Shown here piece after piece: positions 35,897-37,119 of a stretch of 37,119 nucleotides of DNA. The stretch comes from a virus. The stretch spans positions 1 to 37,119 of the IMG/VR virus record IMGVR_UViG_3300029159_000013; one strand, written 5' to 3'. The notes beneath the pieces were generated by a model, which was given only the letters and a program-made list of their open reading frames with translations, made no database searches and was not told the origin of the DNA. The number at the start of each line of letters is the position of its first letter. Within the stretch, counting starts at the first letter, position 1. Position numbers and translations under genes: made by a program.

Positions 35897-36294
35897 TAAT
35901 TTTCCTCCTTAAATGTGGTTAATTTTGCTTGAAAATCTAATAAAAAAACGAACCAACCTTGTTCATCAGCTTCATTAATGAACGGTTTGCTCGTTATCAT
36001 TAAATTATTACACTCAAAAGAGCCATCTTTACTTGATAATTCTTCAATACTTTCTAATACATCTGAAAGAAGCCACAACGTATGCTCTAACTTATTACCG
36101 TCTTTTGATTTCATGGCAATTTCATAGTTTAACAACTCGTCTTTGATTCCGTCATAATATTCGGTTTCTACCTTACCGCCCGGTAATGAGTAAATCACTA
36201 AACTTTCTAGTGCTGAAAGGTATCCTTTCCGGATATTTAACGGCAAATTTGGAATCTGATTTATCCTTTCGTTTAAACAATCAAGAAAATCCAT
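35896..36294 (-). CDS. Tail-completion / head-tail joining protein.
   Basis: 132 aa. Translationally coupled, in the head-tail joining string. Confidence 0.45.
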   Translation of the reverse strand: MDFLDCLNERINQIPNLPLNIRKGYLSALESLVIYSLPGGKVETEYYDGIKDELLNYEIAMKSKDGNKLEHTLWLLSDVLESIEELSSKDGSFECNNLMITSKPFINEADEQGWFVFLLDFQAKLTTFKEEN

Positions 36295-36620
36295 TATTTA
36301 ATACCCGCTCCTTTCAAAAAGGCACGTTCCCACGAATTCATATAAGCACCTTTTGCTTTTAAATCCCACCGTGGTCCAGTCCCAGGCGTAGTATATTTTT
36401 TTCCATTTAGATAAAATTGGCGTTTCGCATATTTTGTACCATAAATAATCTTTTCACCTTCACTTGATAAATGAGCGCTTTGCCTTAAACTATTATTTTT
36501 TCGTGGTACAAATTGATTCATATCTGCCATCGCTTGATTACCAAGCGCATATCTGCCTCGTCTCATTGCCTCAGGGCTTACTTTGGTTCTTACACCGCTT
36601 AAATTCACCTTAATCCCCAT
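36294..36620 (-). CDS. Head-tail joining protein (head closure, HK97 gp10-like?).
   Basis: 108 aa, coupled (ATGA-type overlaps). Confidence 0.45.
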   Translation of the reverse strand: MGIKVNLSGVRTKVSPEAMRRGRYALGNQAMADMNQFVPRKNNSLRQSAHLSSEGEKIIYGTKYAKRQFYLNGKKYTTPGTGPRWDLKAKGAYMNSWERAFLKGAGIK

Positions 36621-36961
36621 CAGACTACCTCAATCTCATACGAGTAGACATCATTCGAATAGGCTTCAATTACGGTATCAACTTTAGTGATTACGTGTTC
36701 TTTGTCATCGTAAATAACTACTGATTGTTCTTTGAACTCAGGCAAAGGCGTAGTCAATTCGTGATAACAGAAAATCAATCCGTTATAAAGCAATTGTTTG
36801 CCACTTGATGAAAAAGTATATTGGCTTCCTCTGTCAATTCGGCAATACTCAATAAGGATCGGTTCCTTGTATACTGGCTTGTTCCAATCGCCCTCCCCTA
36901 AGTACTCTTTATACTCAAAGGAATCAACTAAGAATTTTTTGGGTGGCTTTGGCATTAGCAT
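36620..36961 (-). CDS. Head-tail adaptor protein.
   Basis: 113 aa. Its start overlaps the stop of the junction-spanning connector gene. Confidence 0.45.
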   Translation of the reverse strand: MLMPKPPKKFLVDSFEYKEYLGEGDWNKPVYKEPILIEYCRIDRGSQYTFSSSGKQLLYNGLIFCYHELTTPLPEFKEQSVVIYDDKEHVITKVDTVIEAYSNDVYSYEIEVV

Positions 36962-37119
36962 GACGAAACACCTCGATATAACAAACCTGTACCTTCCAGA
37001 TACAAATAAACGTCTTCGGCAGTCAACGACTTACTTTCGTTATTTCCAGAAGGATTGTAGCGACTGGCATTAGAAATACTCGTACGGCCTGCTGAAAAGC
37101 TTTGAGGGGCATTGTTGAT
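36955..37119 (-). CDS. C-terminal part of the junction-spanning connector gene. Stop TAA at 36955-36957 overlaps the ATG of the next gene.
   Basis: Same frame as 1..367 once the 127-bp duplication is collapsed. Confidence 0.55.
   Translation of the reverse strand: MNNAPQSFSAGRTSISNASRYNPSGNNESKSLTAEDVYLYLEGTGLLYRGVSSC
36993..37119. repeat. 127-bp terminal direct repeat, copy 2.
   Basis: Identical to 1..127. Confidence 0.9.

Larger units (their letters stand above)
1..37119. mobile_element. Complete temperate siphovirus (prophage-type) genome, circular contig. Late and early genes on minus strand, lysogeny module on plus strand.
   Basis: Full set of phage modules (terS/terL/portal/capsid/tail/TMP/lysis/cI-cro/integrase/replication). 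Window ends duplicate each other. Confidence 0.9.

Noticed and set aside
1-37119. Searched for CRISPR arrays, reverse transcriptases (DGR / retron), toxin-antitoxin pairs and transposases
   Set aside because: No repeat-spacer array, no RT-like YxDD protein and no transposase motifs were found. The only tandem repeats are the ori iterons and short AGTG-type motifs.

Overview
The window is a complete, circularly closed genome of a temperate siphovirus from a low-GC Gram-positive host (about 35% GC, gene content resembling Listeria, Enterococcus and lactic-acid-bacteria phages). The first 127 bp are repeated exactly at the end (1..127 = 36993..37119), which looks like an assembler k-mer overlap on a circular contig, so the unique genome is about 36,992 bp. 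Nearly all genes are on the minus strand. In minus-strand reading order the modules are as follows. (1) Early genes 20221->7324: cro, an Rha-type antirepressor, many small genes, a replication module (Gp157, AAA_24 ATPase, DUF968-like, a replisome organizer with internal iterons, MazG, SSB), a truncated HsdM-like methyltransferase remnant, a tyrosine recombinase, a multi-HTH protein, YopX and ArpU; this transcript ends with a long 3' leader carrying a tRNA-Glu(UUC)-like cloverleaf and a bidirectional terminator. (2) Packaging genes terS and terL, the head and tail genes (including a gpG/gpT chaperone pair with a -1 slippery site) and, further down the same strand, the tail tip genes (Dit, Tal, BppU-like RBP). 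(3) A lysis cassette consisting of a phiLC3-type holin and a Ply511-like amidase that carries an N-terminal Sec signal peptide. (4) Two membrane-protein morons, then a tRNA(CAU), Ile2-like and flanked by terminators. The lysogeny module is on the plus strand: an XRE-S24 cI repressor, a 60-aa ORF and a large serine integrase. The main observations are listed here. The phage carries two different recombinases. A catalytically degenerate, truncated N6-MTase-like gene is translationally coupled to the tyrosine recombinase. The cI repressor has an Ala-Asn in place of the LexA-type Ala-Gly scissile bond and is paired with an antirepressor. Two self-promoted plus-strand genes (a KTSC-domain protein and a membrane/coiled-coil protein) sit inside the minus-strand early operon. 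The endolysin appears to be secreted. There is an unusually long structured non-coding region upstream of terS. Functions were assigned from motifs recognised by eye. No database search was run.
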